Shown piece after piece: positions 56,773 through 64,000 of a DNA stretch of 64,000 bases. The translations under genes were made by a program, and so were the position numbers. Numbering within the stretch: the first letter of the stretch is position 1; each line of letters opens with the position of its first letter. Origin of the DNA: an uncultured archaeon (lineage in GTDB: Archaea > Nanobdellota > Nanobdellia > Pacearchaeales > GW2011-AR1); contig CABMHR010000001.1 of the NCBI GenBank assembly GCA_902386025.1, positions 177,108 to 241,107 on the forward strand. Reading direction: 5' to 3'. A model generated the notes under the pieces. It was not told the origin of the DNA and searched no databases. It saw only the letters and a program-made list of their open reading frames with translations.

Positions 56773-57273
56773 ATGAAAAAGAGAGGGAAAAAGAAGCTGA
56801 ACAAAAAAGTAAACTGGAAGATTTTAATCACAAGTTTTATTGTGGTTTATGCTGCTGCATTTATTGGGAGCATATTCACTTCTCAAGGTGTAAATTCTGA
56901 CTGGTATCAATCAGTAAAACCAGTAATAACTCCCCCAAACTGGGTTTTCCCTGTTGTCTGGAATATTTTATTTTTCCTTATTTTTGTTTCACTTTATGCT
57001 TCATTGGTGAGCGCAAGAAAGAAAATTCTCAAATTAAGGATAGGGGTAATTTTCGGAATTAATTTCATACTGAACATTTTATGGAGCGTTCTTTACTTTG
57101 GGCTAAAAAACCCCCTGCTTGCTTATTTTGATTTGCTTCTGCTTATGATTTCAATCCTTTCTATGATTTTCATAATCTGGAAAATAAACAGAAAAGCATC
57201 TTGGCTTTTAGTCCCTTATTTTCTATGGGTTGGTTTTGCAGGAATACTGAATTATCTTAGCGCATTTAGATAA
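56773..57273 (+). CDS. tspO: TspO/MBR-family tryptophan-rich sensory protein
   Basis: PPNWVFPVVWNILF. Five TM helices, ~160 aa. Confidence 0.6.
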   Translation: MKKRGKKKLNKKVNWKILITSFIVVYAAAFIGSIFTSQGVNSDWYQSVKPVITPPNWVFPVVWNILFFLIFVSLYASLVSARKKILKLRIGVIFGINFILNILWSVLYFGLKNPLLAYFDLLLLMISILSMIFIIWKINRKASWLLVPYFLWVGFAGILNYLSAFR

Positions 57274-57492
57274 GAATAAAGAGGTTGTGAAGATAAGGGC
57301 AGAGCCCTTATCTTCAAGGGGTTGATGAGGTTAAATTTTTGAATATTTTAACTTCTTTTTACACTTATTTTAATAAAAAGTTCTTTATAAGCAGTGGGAA
57401 ATAAAAATCCATAAATAAAATATGTAGGATAACTACATATCGGAAAAATCAAAAACATAAAACTTTAAATAAGGAAAATAGGTTCAATTTTT

Positions 57493-58179
57493 ATGAGTTT
57501 GACTTCACTAATAATAGATAACAGGTGGGTGCTTGAAGTTCTTTACGCATTTGTTATAAGTGCAATCTGCATGGCTATTGTCTTCAAAACTGACAAGCTT
57601 TACAAAATAAGCCTCCATAAAGGAATAAGATATTTTAGAAATGTATTCTTCTTTTACGGAATTGCATTTATTGCGAGATATATATTCGGCGTTCTTTCTG
57701 ATTCAGCTTTTGAATATGTCCTGTTTGCAAAAGTAGCATTTGAATATTTTATTGTGATGGCAGGATTTTTCCTTCTTTACAGCCTGATATGGAGAAAATT
57801 TGAGTCGCAAAAAACCCATTACTTCACTTCTCTTTTCAATTCCAAGGTTGCAATATTTCACTTAATGGCTTTGATAATTGCAGTTCTTGATGTCTTGTGG
57901 GGGGCTTATGATTTCATGTTCTATTCCCAGATAATTGTTTTTGTCTTTGCATCAATAATTTCCTATAATAATTACATAAAAAACGGAAAAGAGCGAAAGT
58001 TCCTTAAGTTTTCATTCTTGGCGATGATTCTTGGATTATCTGCTTGGATTCTTAATCTTGTAACAGAGATGTATCTTAGCTGGAGCCACAAGGCATTATT
58101 CGGAATTGGATTGATTAACATAGCATTTTTCTTTTTATTCTTGTATGGGGTTATAAAAATTACAAACAGCACAAAATGA
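57493..58179 (+). CDS. Hypothetical polytopic membrane protein
   Basis: Six or seven TM helices. Confidence 0.4.
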   Translation: MSLTSLIIDNRWVLEVLYAFVISAICMAIVFKTDKLYKISLHKGIRYFRNVFFFYGIAFIARYIFGVLSDSAFEYVLFAKVAFEYFIVMAGFFLLYSLIWRKFESQKTHYFTSLFNSKVAIFHLMALIIAVLDVLWGAYDFMFYSQIIVFVFASIISYNNYIKNGKERKFLKFSFLAMILGLSAWILNLVTEMYLSWSHKALFGIGLINIAFFFLFLYGVIKITNSTK

Positions 58180-58451
58180 CAACAAAGAAACGTGAAAGAC
58201 TGGATGTTATAAGAGACATAATCAGCACAATAAAGGAAAACAGGCAGATAAAGCCAACAAGACTGCTTTATGCTTCAAACTTATCTCCTCAAATGTTCAA
58301 GGAATACATAAATGAACTTATAGAAAAGAAATTCATAAAGCTGGATGTTGACGGAAAAGACAAGAAATCATTTTCTCTGACAAAAAAAGGAAGCGATTTT
58401 CTTCAGGAATATAAAGTTATTGAAAGCTTCATTGAAAACTTTGGATTATAA
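58176..58451 (+). CDS. Predicted winged-helix transcriptional regulator
   Basis: 91 aa. Overlaps the upstream membrane gene by 4 nt. Confidence 0.4.
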   Translation: MTTKKRERLDVIRDIISTIKENRQIKPTRLLYASNLSPQMFKEYINELIEKKFIKLDVDGKDKKSFSLTKKGSDFLQEYKVIESFIENFGL

Positions 58452-58572
58452 CTCATTTTCTGTTATACAAACCTTTAAAAATGTGGGTTATTACGCTTTA
58501 TTATGAATTTAAATGAAGCAGTAGAGTCCATAAGATTTCTATTCATAAAATTGTAAGGAGGATATAAGCAAG

Positions 58573-58920
58573 ATGAAGTTACACGTAGGAAATTTACCTT
58601 TTAGCGTTGATGATGAAGAGTTGAAAAGCCTTTTCGCAGAATACAATGCTGAAGAAGTTACTCTTATCAAAGACAAGTTTTCAGGAAGATCAAAAGGTTT
58701 CGGATTCGTAACAATTTCCAATGATGAAGTTGCCCAAAAGGCAATTGCAGATTTGAATGGAAAAGATGTACAGGGACGAGAGCTTAAGGTTTCTGAAGCA
58801 AGGCCAATGGAAGAGCGCCCAGAAAGACCAAGAAGAAGTTTTGACAACAACAGAGGCGGTGGAAGAGGCTTCGGCGGTGGTTCTAGAGACGGCGGGTTTG
58901 GCGGAAGAAGAAGATTTTAA
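58573..58920 (+). CDS. RRM-domain glycine/arginine-rich RNA-binding protein
   Basis: RNP-2 LHVGNL and RNP-1 KGFGFVTI. RGG/GGF tail. Confidence 0.8.
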   Translation: MKLHVGNLPFSVDDEELKSLFAEYNAEEVTLIKDKFSGRSKGFGFVTISNDEVAQKAIADLNGKDVQGRELKVSEARPMEERPERPRRSFDNNRGGGRGFGGGSRDGGFGGRRRF

Positions 58921-59090
58921 GTAATCTCTCTAAAAAATCAGGTGATTTTTTTTCTTTTTTATTCAATTTTTATTTTGTTCGGTTTTTTTAATTTTATATT
59001 TAGTTAATGCTCGTAAATAATTATGAGGTTAAGTGTGTAACAGAAACATTTAAATATTATAACACTTATAATTATTATAATAATTATAAA

Positions 59091-59303
59091 ATGGAAAACA
59101 CAACAATTGCTCTAAGTAAAGAGTTAAAAGAAAAGATAAGCGAATTTGGAAATAAAGGAGAAAGTTTTTCTGACATCTTGCAGAGAATGTACAATAGTGC
59201 TGTTCAAAGACAGCTTAATGACTTTTTGTTTAATGAAAAAGGATTTATTCCCATAGAAGAAGCTATGGCGGAGGCTAAAAAGAAGTGGCCAAAGTCGAGA
59301 TAA
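59091..59303 (+). CDS. Putative antitoxin (small DNA-binding protein)
   Basis: MENTTIALSKELKEKISEF... Start chosen at the internal Met. Confidence 0.35.
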   Translation: MENTTIALSKELKEKISEFGNKGESFSDILQRMYNSAVQRQLNDFLFNEKGFIPIEEAMAEAKKKWPKSR

Positions 59304-59626
59304 GTGAAAAATTAAAAGAAGATATCTATAAAAAATTTAAAGAAGAATCAACTGAAATCTTTAATTTAATTTATTCTTTAAGAGAAAATCCAAAAAAAGG
59401 AAAAGAAGTAGGGCAGGTATCTGGAATACTTATAAAAGAGTTAAGATATAAATCATTCAGATTTTATTTTATTACAAATGGATATCAATTAAGAGTTCTT
59501 GACTTGGCTGAATTGCAGGATTTAGTCATAAGGTTTGTAAGAATGTCAGACAAGAAATCACAGCAGAAAGTAATTGATGAGATAAAGCAGATTTTAAGAA
59601 GTTTTGGGGAGAAAGGATTTAAATGA
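59285..59626 (+). CDS. RelE/ParE-superfamily (HigB/Gp49-like) toxin
   Basis: LIKELRYKSFRFYFITNG... Confidence 0.45.
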   Translation: MAKVEISEKLKEDIYKKFKEESTEIFNLIYSLRENPKKGKEVGQVSGILIKELRYKSFRFYFITNGYQLRVLDLAELQDLVIRFVRMSDKKSQQKVIDEIKQILRSFGEKGFK

Positions 59627-59850
59627 AATCAATTAAACTGAAACTTCCAAAAAGATTTAACCCAAAAATTGTAATATTCTCGCTAATTGCCCTCGGCTTT
59701 ATTGTTCTAACCTTTTTTGTAAATCCTTATTTTATCATAGGAGCAGTTGTGCTGATGATTCTAAATCGAAGAGAGATAATGGGAAAGAAAGGGAAATAAA
59801 ATTCCAAAACCTTTAAATTCCCCCTTGCTTTTTATTATAAAGGTGATAAA

Positions 59851-60141
59851 ATGGATGCAACTATTCTTGCAGGGCTTCTTGGAGGAATTGGCGGAGTTAC
59901 ACGCGGATTTGTCGGATTGCTGAAAGCATTATCAATGAGAAGAAGAATTTTATGGGGATATTATGCAATAACTGTTCTTGTTGCTTTAGTCATAGGAGTT
60001 TTTGTGGGAATTATTTTCAACTTCGATGTTCGGCTTTCGCTTCTTGCAGGTTATGCAGGAACAGATATTCTTGAGGGAATTTACAAGAGCTTTTCTGTCC
60101 AGAAAACATATATCGGAAGTGCAAAAGCAAGTAAAAAATAA
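59851..60141 (+). CDS. Small membrane protein
   Basis: Three TM helices. Confidence 0.35.
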   Translation: MDATILAGLLGGIGGVTRGFVGLLKALSMRRRILWGYYAITVLVALVIGVFVGIIFNFDVRLSLLAGYAGTDILEGIYKSFSVQKTYIGSAKASKK

Positions 60142-60181
60142 TTAGCGAAAAATTTATAAGGGTGTATCAATTGATATAACT

Positions 60182-60478
60182 ATGTTAAAATTAATAAGGG
60201 AACAAAATCCAACAGCAAGATTTCCAAGATTAGATACGGTTATGTTTATAGAAGAATTCATAAAAGAAAATGACGGAGAGTTCAGAAAAAAGCAACTTTG
60301 GGAACATCTTCCTAAAAAGATGATGTATCAAACATTCTCTGTTGTTTTGGACTATCTTATATTATCTGGAAAAGTGTCTGTTGATGCAGAAGGAAAAATT
60401 GGATGGATATTTTATCCTGAAGATGTTGAAAAACTGCTAAAGAGGACTCATTTATTCTGGAAGAGAAATGAAAAGTAA
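60182..60478 (+). CDS. Hypothetical protein (possible antitoxin for the downstream RelE-like gene)
   Basis: 98 aa. Its 3' end overlaps the toxin gene. Confidence 0.3.
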   Translation: MLKLIREQNPTARFPRLDTVMFIEEFIKENDGEFRKKQLWEHLPKKMMYQTFSVVLDYLILSGKVSVDAEGKIGWIFYPEDVEKLLKRTHLFWKRNEK

Positions 60479-60788
60479 TATCACTTTTATTGATAGTAAA
60501 ATAAAGATTGCCTTTGAGAAACTAGAAAGAACTGATTTGGAAAAATATAAATTAATTAAAAGGGCATTTGAAGATTTAGAGAATAATGCTTTCTGTGGGA
60601 TACAAATACCTAAACATTTAATCCCAAAAGAGTATATTAAGAAGTTCAATGTGAAAAATCTATGGAAATATAATTTACCTGGTGCCTGGAGATTGATTTA
60701 TAGTATTGAAGGCAAAAATCTAAATGTCTTCTCTATAATCCTTGAATGGCTTGACCACAAAGAATATGAAAGGAAATTCCATTATTAA
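60468..60788 (+). CDS. RelE/ParE-family toxin
   Basis: NLWKYNLPGAWRLIYSIEGKNLNVFSIILEWLDHKEYERKF. Confidence 0.5.
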   Translation: MKSNITFIDSKIKIAFEKLERTDLEKYKLIKRAFEDLENNAFCGIQIPKHLIPKEYIKKFNVKNLWKYNLPGAWRLIYSIEGKNLNVFSIILEWLDHKEYERKFHY

Positions 60789-60796
60789 TACATAAA

Positions 60797-61174
60797 ATGA
60801 CAAACCAGCAATTAGTTGATTTCATAAATGAAGCAAGAAGAAGAGGATTTTCTGACGCGCAGATAAAAGATGCACTTGTCAGGCACTGCTGGCCTGCTGA
60901 AAAAGTTGACTCTGCATTTGAGTTTTTAACTCCCAAATTCAAATCAAAAAATCAGGTTGCAATATTTCTTTCAGATGATTTGCTTGAAATAATAGAAAAG
61001 CGTGCAAAAAAGAATATGCAGACAATATCGGAACAAATTGAGGAAATTCTAAGAAAAAGCTGTGTTAGTTACAAGGGCGGGAAATCCATAAATACAAACC
61101 CAGAAAAGTTAGACGACACCTTGGTGGGTTTGTTCAGCAGGAGAAGAGGCGGTGGGAGAAGGAGAAAGGCGTAA
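60797..61174 (+). CDS. Ribbon-helix-helix (CopG-like) domain protein with Arg/Gly tail
   Basis: AIFLSDDLLEIIEKRAKKNMQTISEQIEEIL. Confidence 0.35.
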   Translation: MTNQQLVDFINEARRRGFSDAQIKDALVRHCWPAEKVDSAFEFLTPKFKSKNQVAIFLSDDLLEIIEKRAKKNMQTISEQIEEILRKSCVSYKGGKSINTNPEKLDDTLVGLFSRRRGGGRRRKA

Positions 61175-61214
61175 AAATGGGAGATTTTTAATATAGAAGC
61201 AAACTCTTGATTAC

Positions 61215-61778
61215 ATGGCTGATTTATCTGAAAAAGAAACAAGAAAGGAATTGATTGATCCTATTTTGGAAAGGACGGGGTGGAAAGTTAAGGGGCATTA
61301 TGTTAAAGAAGAAATTAATCCAGTTAAATCTAATTTTTCAACTAAAGAATATGTCGGGCTTGATGCAGTTATCTCTATGCCTTCGGGAATTTTCAAGCCT
61401 TACGCAGGAGTTTCAACAGCAGTTCTTTATTTCACAAAAGGAGAGCCTACAGAAAAAGTCTGGTTTTACAATATGGAAGCTGACGGGTTTAGTTTAGATG
61501 ATAAGAGAACAGAGCAACCCGATAGAAATGACATTCCTGACATTTTAGAAAGATTTGAAAAAAGAAATAAAGAAGATAACGAAAACAGATTTGAAAAGCA
61601 CTTTTTTGTTCCATTAGAGGAGATTAAAGAAAAGGATTGGGATCTCTCAATTAACAGATACAAAAAGGAGAGAGAAAAGAAAACCAATTACAGAGAAAGC
61701 AAGATTATTATTGAAGAAGCAAAGAAAGAAGTAAAAGAACTTTTGAAAGGATTTGATGAGTTGGAGAAATTAATTTAG
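61215..61778 (+). pseudogene. Type I restriction-modification remnant: HsdR-like N-terminal motif fused to the C-terminal region of HsdM
   Basis: N-terminus ETRKELIDPILERTGWKV (HSDR_N-like). Then AVISMPSGIFKPYAGVSTAVLYFTKGEPTEKVWFYNMEADGF...DLSINRY (HsdM C-terminus). There is no SAM-binding or NPPF region. Confidence 0.45.
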
Positions 61779-61780
61779 CT

Positions 61781-61820
61781 TTTTAGAAATCTATTTCCCT
61801 AAAATAAGCAGTAGAAGATT
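61781..61820. repeat. Direct repeat DR1 (38-40 nt) flanking the E1-like/TraB cassette
   Basis: ttttagaaatctatttccctaaaataagcagtagaagatt. Near-identical to 63622..63659. Confidence 0.8.
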
Positions 61821-62869
61821 TAAAATTCCCGCCACATAACATTAAAATCCATAAAATCAATTTCTGCGAATCTGTTTATATTCAAATTCCCTTTCCCGAT
61901 TAGATATTTGAAAATTTCCATTATCTGAATATTTGCAATCGCTCCTGCAATTGGTCCGAGATTGCCTGTTTGTTCAATATCTTTTACTTTTTCCAGACTG
62001 CTTAAAGAATCACTTGCTCTTTGAAACTGCAGAAATTCATTAAATGTTTTGCTCTTTCCTGGAACTATAATCGGTCCTACCATCCCAAGATGGAGATTAT
62101 ACCCCCCAGCAACACAATATGAAATATTTTCTCTCACAGCGTATTCATTGATAATCCTGCTGGTTTCCTCAACAGAGGGAGAATCTGCGCAATTAACAAG
62201 AAAATCAGAGCCAGAAACAATTCTTTCCAAATCTTCTTCTTTAGAAACCATTTTTTTAAAATGGAGAATTCTTGCATCAGGTAATCTATCTTTAATCGCG
62301 TCTACTTTATATTTTCCTATATCTCTTGAATCAAAAAATAGTTGTCTGTTAAGATTACTTTCTTCCACAACATCCGGGTCGCTAATTCTTATCTCCCCAA
62401 CACCTAACTGATACAGCCCATTCACAATCCATGTTCCTATTCCCCCAACTCCAAAAACAGAGACTGTTGAATTTCTGATTTTTTTCTGAAGAGAAAGTGT
62501 TTCTTCCCATGAATCACTTAATTCATCAATGAAAGAAATCTGTCTGGAGTATCTTTTTTCTATCTGGGTTTCATCATATCTTCTTGCAATTCCCTCATGT
62601 TCTAAAGCCATTAAACAATTATTTATTTTTTTCCAATTATACTTTCCGCCAAGGTTAGAAAATAACTCTTCTTCTGTTTTCCCCTCTTTTATTTCATTAA
62701 TTATTTCTTTGACTAAAAAATCTACTCCGAATTTTTTAATTTTTCTTGTAGCAGTAAAAATTACCTGATAAATGTCATCTGATTCTTTAAGAATATAAAT
62801 TGAATCCTTGAGCTTCAATTTTTTCATTTTACTTTTCTCCCCATGAAATTTTTTCATCTGTTGGTTCAA
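61820..62869 (-). CDS. E1-like ThiF/MoeB/MccB-family adenylyltransferase with N-terminal RRE/peptide-clamp-like wHTH domain
   Basis: RYSRQISF...VFGVGGIGTWIVNGLYQLGVGEIRISDPDVVEESNLNRQ. The ~110-aa N-terminal extension has a PqqD-like beta-beta-beta-helix pattern. Confidence 0.65.
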   Translation of the reverse strand: MNQQMKKFHGEKSKMKKLKLKDSIYILKESDDIYQVIFTATRKIKKFGVDFLVKEIINEIKEGKTEEELFSNLGGKYNWKKINNCLMALEHEGIARRYDETQIEKRYSRQISFIDELSDSWEETLSLQKKIRNSTVSVFGVGGIGTWIVNGLYQLGVGEIRISDPDVVEESNLNRQLFFDSRDIGKYKVDAIKDRLPDARILHFKKMVSKEEDLERIVSGSDFLVNCADSPSVEETSRIINEYAVRENISYCVAGGYNLHLGMVGPIIVPGKSKTFNEFLQFQRASDSLSSLEKVKDIEQTGNLGPIAGAIANIQIMEIFKYLIGKGNLNINRFAEIDFMDFNVMWREF

Positions 62870-63398
62870 GAACTAATTCTCCTTTTGAATTAGAAGGATA
62901 AATCATTTTATATCCCTTAAAAGAAGTCCTTAATGGGGAATCTTCCCTTAAGTGCCATGAACCTGTAATAACAATTATTGGTTTTGCAGTTTTCCCAAGA
63001 TATTCTTTAATTGTTTCAACATTTTTTCTTTCTCTTTTATCCAGCAAGGTTTCTATTTCTTTTTGCTCTTCTTCATTTAATTCACTTTGATTTTTAATTT
63101 TCTCCTGCAAGTTTTTATCAAACCCAAAATCTTTGAAATCCATTCCGATAAGGTTTATCTTTTTTTCCATGCATAATTTAATAAGATTTTCAATTTCGCT
63201 TACAGAAGTCATATTGGAAATATCCTTTTTTTCAAGAATTTCAATAAATTTAGCATCTGAATCTAAAATATTATCTTCTAGCATTTCAGATAAAATAAAT
63301 TCAGGATTATACTTTTTAATTACCTCTTCTTGCTTTTCAAAATCTTTAATAAATCCGTGGGTATCACCTAATAAAATTAATTTGGGAGACAGATTCAT
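62829..63398 (-). CDS. TraB/PrgY/Tiki-family protein (putative peptide-processing metalloprotease)
   Basis: LILLGDTHG...KPIIVITGSWHL (GxxH...GxxH). The track start is a TTG, so start trimmed to the ATG. Confidence 0.5.
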   Translation of the reverse strand: MNLSPKLILLGDTHGFIKDFEKQEEVIKKYNPEFILSEMLEDNILDSDAKFIEILEKKDISNMTSVSEIENLIKLCMEKKINLIGMDFKDFGFDKNLQEKIKNQSELNEEEQKEIETLLDKRERKNVETIKEYLGKTAKPIIVITGSWHLREDSPLRTSFKGYKMIYPSNSKGELVLEPTDEKISWGEK

Positions 63399-63403
63399 CT
63401 GAT

Positions 63404-63553
63404 TTACATCCAATATTTTATGCTTGTTCCGCCATAATGAACTTTTTCAGTCAAAAGAACCAAGCCTTCATAACTTCCTTTTAAATTTTGTTCTTTTTTC
63501 TCTTGTCCAGTTATGAGTTCTGCTTTCTCTAAACTTTTTTCAAGTTTTTCCAT
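63404..63553 (-). CDS. 49-aa candidate precursor peptide
   Basis: MEKLEKSLEKAELITGQEKKEQNLKGSYEGLVLLTEKVHYGGTSIKYWM. It sits 5 nt upstream of the TraB-like gene. Confidence 0.35.
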   Translation of the reverse strand: MEKLEKSLEKAELITGQEKKEQNLKGSYEGLVLLTEKVHYGGTSIKYWM

Positions 63554-63621
63554 AATAAATTATAATATATAGTCCTTTTAAGCATTTCTATATGTTACAA
63601 TTCCAATTATCCCCTAAATTA

Positions 63622-63659
63622 TTTTAGAAATATTTCCCTGAAATAAGCAGTAGAAGATT
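63622..63659. repeat. Direct repeat DR2
   Basis: ttttagaaatatttccctgaaataagcagtagaagatt. Confidence 0.8.
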
Positions 63660-63699
63660 ATATCCATCTTTATGATGGATTTTTCCTATTTCTAGAAAA

Positions 63700-64000
63700 A
63701 CATTAATGAGGCTTTTAGTAGTTGTCTGCTGAAATTCTCGCGTGAGCTTGAATCTTACACAGCAACTCTATCAACGTCTTCTTCTTAGACGGCCTTTGTT
63801 GAGTCGTTTTGCGGATGGCTTCGAGCTTAGATGCATTCAGCTCTTATCCATACAATGCGTAGCTATGCAGCCTGCCATATGACAACTGCTCACCAGAGGC
63901 ATCCGAATCCCGTTCCTTTCGTACTAGAGATTCGTTCCACTCACTCAACGACACACCTAGTAGATATCATACAAACTGTCTCGCGACGTTCTTAACCCAG
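63700..64000 (-). rRNA. rrl: 23S rRNA, 3'-terminal region (partial; gene continues beyond the window)
   Basis: The reverse complement contains a sarcin-ricin-loop-like CTAGTACGAAAGGAAC, plus GATAAGAGCTGAATGCATCTAAGCTCGAAGCC and GACGTTGATAGAG. These are conserved LSU domain VI sequences. Confidence 0.85.

Noticed and set aside
61820-62869. E1-like enzyme as ordinary MoeB/ThiF for molybdopterin or thiamine sulfur-carrier activation
   Set aside because: Possible, but no MoaD/ThiS-like GG-terminal beta-grasp gene is adjacent. The N-terminal ~110-aa RRE-like extension, the TraB neighbour and the flanking direct repeats fit a peptide-modification cassette better. The claim is kept as a hypothesis with moderate confidence.
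63404-63553. 49-aa ORF as a SAMP/ubiquitin-like modifier, because of its near-C-terminal GG
   Set aside because: It is too short for a beta-grasp fold and is predicted mostly helical. It is retained only as a candidate precursor peptide.
1-64000. CRISPR array, cas genes, DGR reverse transcriptase, integrase/transposase
   Set aside because: No regularly spaced short direct repeats were seen by eye. No RT (YxDD), integrase or transposase motifs appear among the ORFs. Repeats found were the 51-nt leader element, the 38-nt cassette DRs and intragenic duplications only.

Overview
This is an AT-rich archaeal chromosome segment, judged by eye, with the gene content of a small-genome, DPANN-like archaeon (Woese-/Pacearchaeota-type). 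Three things argue for this: archaeal information-processing genes, a fused PriS-PriL primase, and form III RuBisCO. Coding density is very high. All family assignments come from reading the translated ORFs for motifs, since no searches could be run.

Recognisable core genes:
- TYW1/Taw1 (partial), an S2P protease, ribosomal protein L40e, aIF-5A, an FKBP, FtsZ and SepF.
- The conserved block SecE-Spt5-L11, then tRNA-Pro, then L37ae-RpoP-prefoldin beta.
- A Dph2-like protein, PCNA, a fused primase, a histone, class II LysRS, RNase HI, MazF/antitoxin, acylphosphatase, TrmY and Cbf5.
- AlkD, a radical SAM protein, L31e, L39e, S19e, YhbY, a DUF814 protein, a NUDIX hydrolase, RuBisCO III, CysRS, tRNA-Phe, RNase P RNA, TspO and an RRM protein.
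- Several toxin-antitoxin pairs, and a partial 23S rRNA at the 3' edge of the window.

Accessory content is dominated by cell-surface genes:
- An S-layer-like 825-aa protein.
- Several Cys-rich secreted or anchored proteins.
- Two loci of archaeal type IV pilin-like proteins (class III signal peptides).
- A 5.5-kb operon: pilin, then a Cys-rich protein, then a 1018-aa protein.

Most notable observations:
1. A 51-nt GC-rich element sits in-frame at the same position in the leader-coding region of three prepilin-like genes (tandemly duplicated in one). A diverged copy is inserted in cbf5. Removing it restores canonical KKA|Q or KG|Q prepilin leaders.
2. A direct-repeat-flanked cassette lies next to the 23S rRNA 3' end. 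It encodes an RRE-fused E1-like (MccB/ThiF-like) enzyme, a TraB/Tiki protease and a 49-aa peptide, which looks like a RiPP-type system.
3. A Holliday-junction-resolvase (Hjc) gene is split by a free-standing NUMOD3/Vsr-like homing-endonuclease gene.
4. Fragmentary duplicates of the tRNA-Phe 3' end lie just downstream of the intact tRNA.

No CRISPR array, reverse transcriptase or integrase was seen.
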